Below are positions 34,064 to 46,450 of a DNA stretch of 64,000 nucleotides, one piece after another. The translations under genes were made by a program, and so were the position numbers. The first letter of the stretch is position 1. Each line of letters opens with the position of its first letter. The DNA comes from Zygnema circumcarinatum SAG 698-1b. Lineage: Eukaryota; Plantae; Zygnematophyceae. The stretch lies in the NCBI GenBank assembly GCA_037447605.1, contig CM074811.1, positions 2,356,001 to 2,420,000 on the forward strand. The letters are read 5' to 3'. A model generated the notes under the pieces. That model was not told where the DNA came from and did no database searches. It saw nothing but the letters and a program-made list of their open reading frames with translations.

Positions 34064-37000
34064 ATGGCCACTTCTTCAGCGGCGCGTGCCACGTGGATTG
34101 TCGGCCTCGTTCTCGCTCTGGCTCTTCTCCCGGCGGCCCTTGCAGGTGCATTGCACATCCCGCTTTCAACATGGGCTGCTTCTATGCAAGTGCTCATTTG
34201 CGCCGAATCCAACGAAACTGTTTCCTTAGTTTCAATTTTCTGCATGTTCCTTGTTCTGGTCGGGTCATTCAAATACCCCCCTTCTAAAAACCGTGCGCAT
34301 TATTTCCTGTGAATGTACAGAGGATTGCAGTGCGAGCCTCCCCGGGTACCGCTCGTACCCGAGCACCGAGTACACGGGCCCCTTCTACGCGCACGACACT
34401 TTCCGGACCCCTCTGCGGCTATGCGCACGCGCGTGTGCCTTCAACCCCTCCTGCAAAGTGTTCCTCTTCTGGCCGAGCCCCAACGCGCCGGGCACCGGCC
34501 GGTGCTACTACAAGAGCGCGCTGGGGACGCAGCGCGCCAACGCCTCCGTCACTGCGTACGTTCCATGCAACAACGCTGCGGTCGAACGTGAGCTTCGCCA
34601 CCCGCGTCTTCTGTCTGCCTTGTGTGGGGACATTCACCAATGATTCGCTTTCTTTCAAGTCGTTGCAAGGCTTTCGACCATGCTTGAAATGTTTCAATAG
34701 TTACAAGGCTCACCTGCGGCTCGCATGCTTCATGTGTGCAGCCGTGTGCGGCGCCGCGGAGCCGGGCATGAAGCTGTACTTGGACCGGCAGTTCGGCGGC
34801 CCCGGCACGTACTCGACCGCGGCGGCGGCGAGCGGCGCGCAGTGCGCGGCCGCGTGCCGCCTCGACGCGAACTGCGCGGCGGCCGCGCACGACGCCGTCA
34901 AGCGCGTCTGCGCGCTCAAGCGCGCTGTGGCGCCCAAGTCGGCGCAGAAGCCCTTTGCGGACATCAACACCTACGTCAAGTGCGACCCGGGTCAGTCAGT
35001 CAGCGCTGCCATACAGAGAGACAGAGAGAGAGAGAGGGGAGAGAGGGGAGAGAGAGAGAGGAGAGAGATGGGAGATAGAGAGAGAGAGCTGCCTGCCTCA
35101 CGGGACACGTGTGCACCCCTCGCGTTGCTATTCATATGCTGGGACTAACTCCAAACAGTTTGGTTCTGCAGGCCCTTCGACTTTCACCATTGTCCATTTC
35201 AATGACATACACTCTCGCGTTGAACCGGCTGACAACAGCGGCGTGCTCAGCTGTACTTCAAACGCAGGTGAGGACCAGATAGCGGATATTCTCTCTTTCC
35301 TCTCCAAAGGAATCACGTTCCTCATGTTTCCTCGAAGGGCCGGAGTTTGTGCTACTACATTCTGAACTGCTTTTGTCGCCATGGTTCTAACGTGTCCATA
35401 CTGTTTTCCAGACCTATGCTATGGTGGCTTTGCCCGCCTGTCCACTGTGGTAGATGCGGCCCGAGCGCAAGGCCCCACTCTGCTTCTTGATGCGGGTGAC
35501 GAGTTTGTCGGCACTCTGTACAGCTACTACTATCGTGGCAAGGAGGCCTACGTTCCTCAGAACTACCTCAAGATTGACGCCATGGTGAGTGGACTTTACC
35601 ATCCGTCCAAGTACTTTTTTCTCATGTCCAAGCCTGGATGTGGAAGTTTTGTGTTTCTGGTTCGGCAGGTACAACACAGCAATATTGTGTAGGTGATTCG
35701 GACATTACCGGGACATGCCGGTAATTTGCATATGCATTTTTTCCCCTCATGTGGTTGCAATGCATATCTTGCTTCACATCAGAGCGTTAATGTCAGTAGT
35801 TCCTATTACCTGGTGTCCTGCATTATATACTGTGCAACTGCTTCTACAATCTGCACGCTATATAGCCCTCAGCCACAGTCTAAGTGGCGGTAAACCGCCG
35901 CTGGCCCACGCTGGAGGGTCGGCCTTGGCTGTCAATCGGCTTACGAATCCTCATGCATTGGAGTACTTCTAGCAGGCATGCCTCCCTCCTTCCCTCATGG
36001 AGCTTCAAGTGTCCCTTTCTCACTAACTCGAGCACATGGTGCTCCCCACATTCCCAGACGCTCGGGAACCACGAATTCGACTATGGGCCCGCAACTCTCG
36101 CTTCATACGTCAAGAACCTCACGTTCCCTGTGACCACGTGCAATGTCGCCCCCAAGCAGAACAGCGAACTGTACGGACTCGTGAAGCCGGGCCCGCTGAT
36201 TGTGACTCTTAGGATGAAGAGCGGCAGCTTGGTGAGGGTCGGCATTGTGGGATGGACCATCCCCACCACTCCGATCCTGTCCAGCCCCGGACCCAACATC
36301 GAATTTTTGCCCCTCGTGTCCTCTGTCCAAGCGTGCGTGGACGAGCTCAAGAGTCAGGGAGTAGGTATCATCATCGGGCTTGGGCATGCGGGTCTGCAAG
36401 ATGATGGAGACGTTCTGGTCGCAAAGAATGTCCGAGGTGCGTACTTGCTGCTCGCCTCTCGTACACCTCTTGATTCTTCTTCAAAGGCCTACTTTTGCGA
36501 TTCAGATTTCCCCGTTTATTTTAGGACCGTTTTTCAACTTAACTTGGTTAAGTAAAGTGTGAGGAATGGCAGTGCAAGTTTTGGATTACTTCACGACGCA
36601 CTGCTTTTTGAGAGGATGGCAGGTCTCGACCTTGTGATCGGCGGGCACAGCCACACCTTCCTCTACAACGGGACGGGCCCAGTCCTTAATCTCAATAACC
36701 TCGCCACACGTGACACTCCTTTGTCGCCAGATTTCACCTACCCATACCCTGTTGTAGCGGACTATGACTCGTCAGTGGTGGTGCCCTACTACCAGGCTTA
36801 CTACGCGAGCAAGTAAGCGATGCAGCTAGTTTGCCTTCACTCGCGTCCCCCCTCGTCTTTGACTCCATGATTATGATGCATGGAGTAAAGTTGTTTTGAT
36901 GTTTCCTTTCTCGTGGAGCTTATCAAAGCATAACGAATAGCTACTGCTGCTTTTCAAATTGTCTGGACTCCTCATGGGTGTTGGTTTCATCAGTGCTTCA

Positions 37001-40000
37001 AGTCAATTTTCTGTTCATGCTTACCTGTGGCAATTGCACCGTGTATTAACTGCGACATTCAGTCACATGGCCAAGCTCTAAACAGTTCTATCCGTGGTGG
37101 TGCTGAATTGGTCGATCGTGCAGGTACCTTGGTAACATCTCTGTCACCTTCAGCAGCTCAGGGGACCTTCTTAGCAAGTCTGGGTATCCCATTCTGCTCG
37201 GGGGCAGGAACAGCTCCAACAATGTGGAACAGAATCCCAATGTTACAGCTCTGGTGACCACATTGGCTGGCCCATTGGCCGGATTCCGCAACACCATTGT
37301 TGGGTCGGCAAGTGTGTATTTGAACGGCGTGAGGGACTTTGTGCGGACTCAGGAGACGAACTTGGGCAACCTCATCACTGTAAGGCCCCTCTCTTGCTTT
37401 TACGACCAGGATTCCGAGTATGCGAACATTGAACAACGGTCTTTGAATGCCTTCTTAGCTCACTCCACTCTAGGACACAGGAACGCGGGAGAAAACTAGT
37501 CGAGAAAATCAAGAATATTTTGGTGATGTGTTTGCATGCATCGAAGTCGCTAATGTTTTCGATGCGGCTCTGCAGGATGCACTTATTTGGGAAATTAAGC
37601 GGAACCCTAGCTTTGAATCCACTTACGGCTCCATCAGCATTGCAGTCACCAACGGCGGCGGCATTCGCAGTCCAATCAACGCTGGTGACGTCAGCGTGGG
37701 AGCCATCATCACGGTGCTGCCTTTTGGCAATGTGCTCGCAATCAAAAAGGTGACGGGAGCCCAGCTCGTAAGCATACTCAGTGCGTCGGCGGACAAGTGG
37801 AACAACACCAGCCCTAACGGGGGGTTCCTACAGGCAAGAAAGCCATCTCTGTGATCGATACTGTTGCTCTTTTTGATATCATCGTGATGGTCAAGAAAGT
37901 ATATAAGCGCGCGCAGTGTCTGAAGAGGTTTGGACCAATGAGACGGACCTCTCTTTCCTGGCGAATGCAAGTGCAAGTTGGTGTAAGGGCATCCTACTTT
38001 CACCTCCCACCTTTAGCAGGGCGGCGGACCTTCACCTAGAGCTAATAATGGCGTTTCACGGTGCAGGTGTCCGGCCTGTACTATGCATTTGACACCACCA
38101 AGGCGGTAGGAAGCCGCCTCCTTGAAGCCAAGCTGTTGAATCCCGTCACCAAATGCCTATCACCTATCGTGAGCACCGCCTTTTATTATGTCGTCACGAA
38201 TGACTTCACCGGTGCCGGTGGCGACAACTTTGCCGACTTGAAAGCAGCCCCCACGGTGTTCGCCTCGGGCCGTGTGCTCAGTGACATTGTCGGCGATTAC
38301 ATCAGAACCTTCTCCCCCGTTAGCCCGGTCGTGGAGGGACGCATTCGATCGGTCAGTGGGACAACGTACACACCGACACCATCATGCGGCGCACTCCAAA
38401 CGTGCCAGTTGACATCGAGCTCCTATTCTTGCAATGGCGGTGAGGGTCCGGAACACCTTAAATCTCTCAACTAGCATGTGCAGAACACAGGCTAGCGGTT
38501 ATATGGAGGGGCCAACTTCCACCTGCTGGATGCTTTGTTTGTTTCTGAACTCGTGTCTCACTAGTTGCTTGGTGTTACGCCTCTGCACTCTTGAATGAGC
38601 TGTTAAAATATAGTCGACATGGAAATGCGACGTTGTCCTTTCAAGGTCGGGGAGCTGGCAAGAAGTGCTTTAATTGGATGTTTCATCAGTGGCGGTTGGC
38701 AGGTCCCCAGACGTTCACTATCATTCATTACAATGACATCCACTCTCGAGTTGAGCCGGCTGACAACTCAGGAGCGTTGAACTGCGCGTCTAATGCAGGT
38801 TTGCCTTTTAATGCTTTAACCTCACCAAGTTTCTCCACTGGGTTGCATTCTTTCATGAACCTGTTCTTGTCGTCAGTTGAAGTTACGGATAACAGAATAT
38901 GAATTTGAACTCGGTTTCCTCCTATTCCTCCATCCTTGCCACTTTTGTTTTTCAGGAGCCCACTTGGCTGTTTTCTGCTTAATTGTTTGTCACCGAATAG
39001 ATTGCGTGTTCATTGCAGGGCGTAAGCTCATAGATTCAGCGAATTGGATGCATTTATTCGATTCATTCAATTCATGAGTGAATTGCGACCTAGAAAATGG
39101 TCTCCCTACTTCGAGAAGTGGATCTTGCAAGCGTTTCTGTTCAGCGTGTACTAAAGGTTTGCTTGACCGCTCAATGCGTGGCTCGCCAGATCTCTGCTAT
39201 GGAGGGTTTGCGCGACTTTCAACGGTGGTCAATGCAGCTCGGGCAGCGGGCCCGACCTTGTTGTTGGATGCGGGAGACCAGTTTGTGGGCACTCTGTACA
39301 GTTATCTGTATCGTGGAGCAGAGGCCTACCCCTTCCAGAACTACATGAAGACTGATGTTATGGTGAGTGGACTGAGACACTTTCACATTCATGTGCGCTT
39401 CTAATGTTGAATATGAGCGTCAATTTGGAGAATTCACATTCAAATATCAAGGTTGTTTGTTTGTTGGTCGACTGCTGGAAATTTCATGTCGTGGATTTGT
39501 AATAGCCTTGTAACGTTAGTGCTAAAAATGCGATTTCAGGTTGTGCAAATTGATTCGTTTATTCTTCATGTTCATCTTGATGAAGAGATGGGTGCAATGT
39601 CACGCCTTAATGCATTTTGTCTGTCAGTAGTCTACGCAATGCACATTGGCTTTCCCAGTTGGCGACCCAAAGGACACCCTGCTCCATGCCAGTATAGTCA
39701 TTCTGTCACAGTGCTTCCATAGGTTCTGGCTCTCCTTGCTGTCGCCTGCAAAGCTGTCTTCGTTTTTTTTTATTTCTTCTTTGGTTTGTCCTATTCCAGA
39801 CTCTCGGCAATCACGAGTTCGACTACGGGCCGGAGGGGTTGGCTGCGTACCTCAGAAACCTCACCTTCCCTGTGGCCACCTGCAACGTCGTCCCCAAGGC
39901 GAGCAGTGTCCTGTACGGCCTTGTGAAGCCGGGCCCTGTCGTGCTCACCCTCGCCATGCCGGACGGGTCCGCGCTGAAGGTCGGCATCGCCGGGTGGACC

Positions 40001-42735
40001 ATCCCCACCACTCCGAGCCTGTCCAGCCCCGGACCGGACATCGACTTTCTGCCGCTCGTGGCCTCCGTCCAAGCGTGCGTGGACGACCTCAAGAGGCAGG
40101 GGGTGGCCGTCATCATCGGATTGGGCCATGCGGGCCTGCAAGAGGACGGCGACATTTTGGTCGCCAAAAGCGTGACGGGTCAGTCTCCAAGCGCGTCTCT
40201 GTCGTTGCTGAAAACTGATGGTAACGTGAATCTGAGAACTATGAAACTGGAACTGAGAACTGCAAGTCCCGTTCGTCGTGTTTGAACATAGAAAATCCGT
40301 ACGTTCGCCGTGGGCCGTACGCCTGTGACATACCGTACGTCACCCGAAAGTACTGTACTGTACTGACGGCGTTTTCGTACAGTACTTTAGTGTACGAAAA
40401 TCCAAGAAATGCGCATGTGAGATGGCCAGATGGGCGATGAGGAATTGGCCACAGATGCCCTTAGAACGTGGAAAGAGCAGCCGTGCTCGCTTCCAGGCTC
40501 GAGGGATTCATGGGCCGAGCTCATATGCAGTGATAGAAAGTTGGGGCTTTGGCAAATGTTGGGCCATCTCTCTTACCTTTTATCTGAGGGCGTCTGCGTT
40601 CTACGCAGCCATGTCCCAACTGAATCCGTTCAACTGAAAGCATATACCCTCATATGTATGCCGCTGGGGAGGTTGATGGTTAGCTGGCTGCTTTCGGGTA
40701 GGGCTTGACGGGTCCTGGGAGGAGGGGGCAGGTCTGGACCTTGTGATCGGCGGGCACAGCCACACCTTCCTCTACAACGGGACGGGCCCAGTCCTTAATC
40801 TCAATAACCTCGCCACGCGCGACACTCCTTTGTCGCCAGACTTCACCTACCCGTACCCTGTGGTGGCGGACTATGACTCGTCAGTGGTGGTGCCCTACTA
40901 CCAGGTCTACTACGCGAGCAAGTGAGATACTATCTGGTGCTCTTTATTCGCATCAATTTGAAGGATAAGTTGGAGCAAGAACCGAATCGGGGAATGCTTT
41001 TCATTCTGATGCTTACCTCTGTACGTGAGCATGGGTTTTTGAAGTTGAGACTAAGATATGGCTGTTGGTCTGCAGGTATGCGGGCAACATTTCTGTCACC
41101 TTTGACATCTATGGCGACATTGCGAGTAAATCCGGCTATCCTATCCTTCTTGGTGGGCAGAACAGCTCCAACAATGTCGCATCAGACCCTGTTGCTGTGG
41201 CGAAAGTGGCGGAACTCTCTGGGGCCCTCGCGGCTTTCCGCAGCAAAGTCATTGGCTCGGCTGCAGTGTATCTGGATGGCCAAAGGAACACGGTGCGGAG
41301 ATATGAGAGCAATTTCGGCAACCTTATCACTGTAAGTCTGCGTCTTGTCTAGGAAATACTGTATTGTTGCCCCTTACGTGCACGGACCGTTCTGCGTGGA
41401 TTCCTCTAATATTCACTTTTCTAGGTCAGGTTTCTGGGCACTCCAGCCGTCGAACCAAATGTTACAGCCGAGGAGTCAGTCCACCAATAAAATGGATACA
41501 GATGGGTGTTTAATGTCACTTGCATTTTGTTTGAGAGAGGAGGCAGAAAGTGGTCTATAATGCTGGGAAAAGTCCAGATCAGCTAGTTCGTTCAAGTTTT
41601 GGTTAGCCTGAAGAGTAGTTTGATCATAGTATGTTTTCGGTGAAGGCCGTTCTACATTGACTTCCGTTTTGGAGGGTCAATCAGTGTTTGTGCCCAGGAA
41701 TTGACAAGTTTTTATTTTTCCTTCTTATGTTGTTTTCTACTTGCCACCATCAGGATGCCATGGTTTGGGAGGTGAAGAGAAACCCCAACTTTGAGTTGAA
41801 TTATGGGCCAATCGACATCAGCATGATGAATGGAGGTGGCATCCGATCCCCCCTTGTAGCAGGCAACATCACTGTTGGAGACGTCATCACTGTGCTGCCC
41901 TTTGGCAATGTGCTCACGATCAAGAAACTGACAGGGACTCAGTTGAGAGGCGTTCTCACTTACTCTGCCAACAAATGGAACGCCCTTTCTCCCAATGGAG
42001 GCTTTCTCCAGGCACGTACTTGTCCTTTGAAAATTTCCTCATTGCAAGCCTCCATGCGTCAGCGGAGGTGGCTGTGGTTCAATGGTCAATGTGAAAGCAC
42101 AGATGCGCAGGACTGCAGTGAAAGGAATGGCAGATCTCAATTGTAGCGCTGACTGAGTGGAGCAGGCAATGCGCTGCCGGGCATGGTGCAGGTCTCAGGC
42201 GTGTACTACGCGTTTGACAACAGCCTGCCAGTTGGCTCGCGCTTTCTTGAAGCGAAGCTGCTGAACCCCGTCACGAAGTGCCTCTCTCCCATTGTGGACT
42301 CCGCGTTCTATAACGTCGTCACCAACGACTTCACAGGTGCCGGCGGAGACAACTTCCCTGACTTCGCGGCAGCGCCCACAGTCTTCCCCTCGGGACGCGT
42401 TCTCAGCGACATCGTCAACGACTACATTGGCACCTACTCCCCCGTCAGCCCTACGCTGGAGGGCCGCATCCGCGTGGTCAACGGAGTTACGGAGACCTAC
42501 ACTCTCACGCCGACCTGCACATCCTCGCAGACGTGCTCCCTCACGCCAACTGCTTATACATGTGTCTGTAAGTGCGCTTTTGCCCGTTTTCTCCCTCAAA
42601 ATGTGAGCCTGTCCTCGTGGAGACAAGGTGGAGGATTCACCGCTTTCAAGTCTGTCTGTGCTTGCAGGCAGTGCTGGGCATGCGAATGCAGTTTCCTCAC
42701 TCTGATTGCTGTGTTTTCGCGATCTGTGTGCAGAA
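34064..42735 (+). CDS. Gene C: secreted PAN/Apple x2 + tandem 5'-nucleotidase x2, about 1350 aa
   Basis: Exons 34064-34145 (SP MATSSAARATWIVGLVLALALLPAALA), 34321-34587, 34742-34990. Module 1: 35172-35267, 35412-35584, 36058-36436, 36623-36812, 37124-37379, 37576-37833, 38067-38439. Module 2: 38703-38798, 39190-39362, 39800-40178, 40732-40921, 41076-41331, 41754-42011, 42192-42567. Stop completed at 42734-42735. Total 4053 nt, in frame, with all catalytic motifs present. Confidence 0.9.
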
Positions 42736-44212
42736 ACTTGATCCTCCTCGGTATGAATCTGTTGCGGAGGAATGAAGGGGCTGTGGGTGTCGCCATTCCT
42801 GTTTGTGTCGTAGAGGGATGAGCCAGGGAGGCCGCTGAAAAGGTCATTGTTTTTAGGAGAGCTGGGTCGTAGGATGGGTTGTGGGCAAACAAGATCAGCT
42901 CCTTAGACGGAGAAGTGTGCTGCATAGTGCCATCCCCTTTTTGCTGCGTCTGTCTGGGCGTGGCCTTGTAACTGGCTAACGCTCACCTTATGATTGCTCT
43001 TCGATTGAATAAAATTGAATGAGTGAGTGAATGAGTGTTGGTAGGAGAGGTAGGGACTCACGATTATATCCATAGTGCGTTCATGATGTATTATCGTATC
43101 AGAGAGCATTGTTGCAGGCCGGTAGTTATATTGTTATTTGACTGGAACCTGTGAAAGGTATCATTCGTTTCGGTAATTTCATGCCTTTTGAGGACCTTCC
43201 ATACCCTTTCATGGCCTGAAAGAGCAATCACGACAGGAACTCGCCTTTTCAAGATTTGGGGGGTGATCTCAGTGGAGAAGAAGGATCTTTTTGATGCTAT
43301 TGACGAAGATGTCGTTAGTCTGTTGCGATTTCCTTCATTCAGCTTTCATCGTTTAAGTATTTGTTCGGCTGTCCCTTCACAATTTGTGTCAATTGCTTTC
43401 TTATTTAGTTAAAAACGTCGTGACTTCTATCTTAAAAAGAACTTCTCCCAAAAGTGCCTTCTTTCAATTTTCTCTGCATCGTGTGTTCATGCCTTTATAT
43501 GCATCGCTAGCCGAACCGTTCCCACCGCCTAGGGATGGTTCTTTAAGGGTAGGAGATGCCAAAAACAATACAATTTGCAGTTACCACGGTTTGTGCCTAG
43601 GGTTTCTCCTCATCGTGGATTGCTCGTGGAGCGTAGATGCTTTGACGTTGAGCTAAAATCCGTTGGGATGGGGAGAGAAAAGTGAGAGCGGTGGAGAGGG
43701 AGAAACGACTGTTAAGTGGGAGAGAAACAAGGGAAAGGCGAGGGGGGGGTTGAAAGGGAGAATAGAGAGGATGGGAGGGATCGCGGAAGGGAGTGGGAGA
43801 GAGAGGGAGGATAGGGGAGAGAAGGAGAGCGAAGCGAGGAAGAGGAGACAGATAGAGAAGGGGGAGAGGTAGAGAGAGGGGAGGAGCGATGGGGAGAAAG
43901 GAGTAGGGAAAGGGAACATTTAGACGTGATAGAAAATTGGATGTCGAGTCCAGTCCGCTCGTCTATAAAGGTGACTTTTTTCAGTTTATAACTGAAATCT
44001 CTATCCCGTTTGGGAATATAAAATTATCCATATCCAGTTTTTGCTTAGAAACTATGCGTAGATAGTTAATAACCATGGTCATGGCCATTAGAGACTGGCC
44101 ATGGCGACCATGACCATTGGCATCATGACCCAAGTCTTAATCGGCGGTTTGGTTCTATGAAGCTCTTCCCCTTTATTTTTTTCGTCATGTTTCACACGCC
44201 TTGGATGGGGCG

Positions 44213-44476
44213 GGCCCAACTGGGTTTTGGGTTTGTGGGGATTCTCAAACTCAAACTACAACTCTACCCGCCATAATGAAGTTTACGGTATTGCAAATTC
44301 CAAACCTTGCAGCGAATTGGCTGTTGACCTTTGCGTCAGACTCATATTTTAGGAATTTTTAGCGTATGGAGTGCTGCCCGGAAAATCTCTCACGGAGGCA
44401 GCCGCCTGCATGCATTCCCCTGCTTCCGACCTTAGGCCTTAGGGTTTGCCTTCCATAATCTGCGCCGTGTTGGGCT
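44213..44476 (+). promoter_or_regulatory. Site II elements and telo-box upstream of the COX5C-like ORF
   Basis: GGCCCA at about 44214, TTAGGGTTT at 44439-44447, TGGGCT at 44471. This combination is known from plant respiratory-gene promoters, but the motifs are short. Confidence 0.35.
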
Positions 44477-44530
44477 CGCAGGTAGTCACTCTCTGACCTC
44501 TGAAGGGCCTCTTTTCAAGGTCGGAATGCT

Positions 44531-44842
44531 ATGGCGGACCGGGCAGAGCGCCTCGTCGACCCCGACATGGTGCAGCGGATGCTCGCTGCTCACAGAGCGA
44601 CCGTGAGCTTGCTGAAGGAGATGCGTCGCGGAGCGCTGCTTGGGCTGGGCGTGGCAGCTCTTTTCAAAATATGGCATTCAGACCTCCACAGGAGGACGGA
44701 GGAGTTTTATGACAGTATGAGGCACCGTGTCTTGTCTCTTGTTGGGACTTCTGTGGAGTCTGCATGGAACGGCCTTACTGGAATTGCTGGAGTGCAGTTC
44801 GTTTCTGTTTTGCAGTTTTTTTGTATTCCTGAATGGGCTTAA
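44531..44842 (+). CDS. Cytochrome c oxidase subunit 5C-like small membrane protein (3' end uncertain)
   Basis: SLLKEMRRGALLGLGVAALFKIWHSDLHRRTEEFYD aligns without gaps to the plant COX5C pattern as I recall it (S..KE...G..LGL....L.K..H....R.T..FYD). The tail after about 44720 may be intronic. Confidence 0.6.
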   Translation: MADRAERLVDPDMVQRMLAAHRATVSLLKEMRRGALLGLGVAALFKIWHSDLHRRTEEFYDSMRHRVLSLVGTSVESAWNGLTGIAGVQFVSVLQFFCIPEWA

Positions 44843-46450
44843 TTAATAGTAATAAATAATTGAAGGCATTCCTTGCTTTCTTGTACAGAGGACTAAAGGG
44901 CTTCCAAGAAGGTCAGGATCTTTATCAAGCTGCCCACTGTCGAGTCCCTCCATTTCCTAAGTTGATAGAGAAGAGTGTCACCACTGGTTTTTAACATATT
45001 TATAACAAACAGGACGTCAGGTGTGTGAGTGCTCCTGCAACGGACATAAAAAGTAGCTGGGTTGCAGTCTGGATGAATTGCAAAAGAGTGCTGCGTGCTC
45101 TTTGACTTGAGCTGCAACAGGGCGTAGTTGCACCTTTCTCGCTGGACAACTCTCATAAAAAAAAGCCTGTGCTTCCGCTCTTTTTGACATGTTCTCTTGG
45201 AACTGATTTCCGTTTGAGTCCAGAGTTGGCTAAAGGAGAGGTGACAGTCATAGCGCTGGATGGAGTTCAGGAGGTGTACCCAAATGCGATCGAAAAAGTC
45301 ACTTAGCAGGACCTGAGTACTTCAATAGGGAGTGATTTCGTAGATGTTTTCAAAGCAGACACCCCTCATATATGGTCTCGGCACGAACCCAGCCCAGAAG
45401 GCAAGGTCACTGAATCTGTGAAGCTGCGGATGAGGATGCTTTCCGATAATATGTCGGTTTTCCTGCCCTAGTTTCGTTCCCAGTAATTGCTGTTGACAGC
45501 GCAGGAAGTGGATGCAAAGAGCGATTGACAAAGCTCTCACACATTGCTGACGTGACAAGATAAAAACTGACGTAAATGGTGGCAGGAATGTGAACTGCGG
45601 CACACAATGGTACAAGTTTGAGAGTTTTCGGTTTCGAAGGTTTGGTTCACCTTGCTGGCTTGATTGAAAAGCATACTTAAAAACGTATGAAACCCAAAAT
45701 GCAACTATGGTCTGTAAACTTAGCAGTGCCTTTCTGCAATTTTCTTTCGTAAAGTTAAGTGGTTGATATGATTTATCGTTCTTGATGGCCATCTTCTTTC
45801 CCCCTCTTGTTTTGATTCTAATGTTTCTAGCTCCTGGACGACATGCCCATTCGCGTTTCTTGCGTTAACGACACTCATACGGCCTTGTCAGTGTTCGTGG
45901 GATTAATCTTAGCTCAGAACGTAGGAAACAGAAAATTGGGATTAAGCACAAGTTCGGGGTTCGACATGATTCCGTAATGGACAACTGCACTTTTGAGGGC
46001 TTGAAATTCCAAGACAAGAGGGTAAAGTTGAAACATTGAACGTGAATACTCGGGATTTTGCAAAATTGCCTTAAGTCACTGAAGGCAGACAACGAATGCC
46101 TGGACATGCCTTTAAATAGACACTCGCTCTCTCCTGTACAACCCTCAAATGATGAAGACATTCAACTCCTGTCGGCTTCTGAAATAAAACAGATTCTGCT
46201 AGCAGCTACATTTGTTGTAGCACATGAATGGAGCGACAATGCACCCTGATCCAAGCTCAAAAAGAATTGCCCTACCATTTTTCGCCGTTGCTTGTACAGC
46301 CCAACAACAACTAATCTATGGTTTTTGACCTGTAATTGAATGTAAAAATTGGCGAGTTCAAGCGTGCATGGTTCTCCACTCCCGCTGGCTCTCGGACCTT
46401 CTTGAAAGCTTCCCTAAAAATGAATCAGTCCTCCCTTTGGACGTTACAGT

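Noticed and set aside
10238-42821. ORF-track entries in the array read as separate small genes or as a fragmented pseudogene
   Set aside because: They are exons with intronic read-through. Splice sites, conserved exon sizes and in-frame totals support three intact genes.
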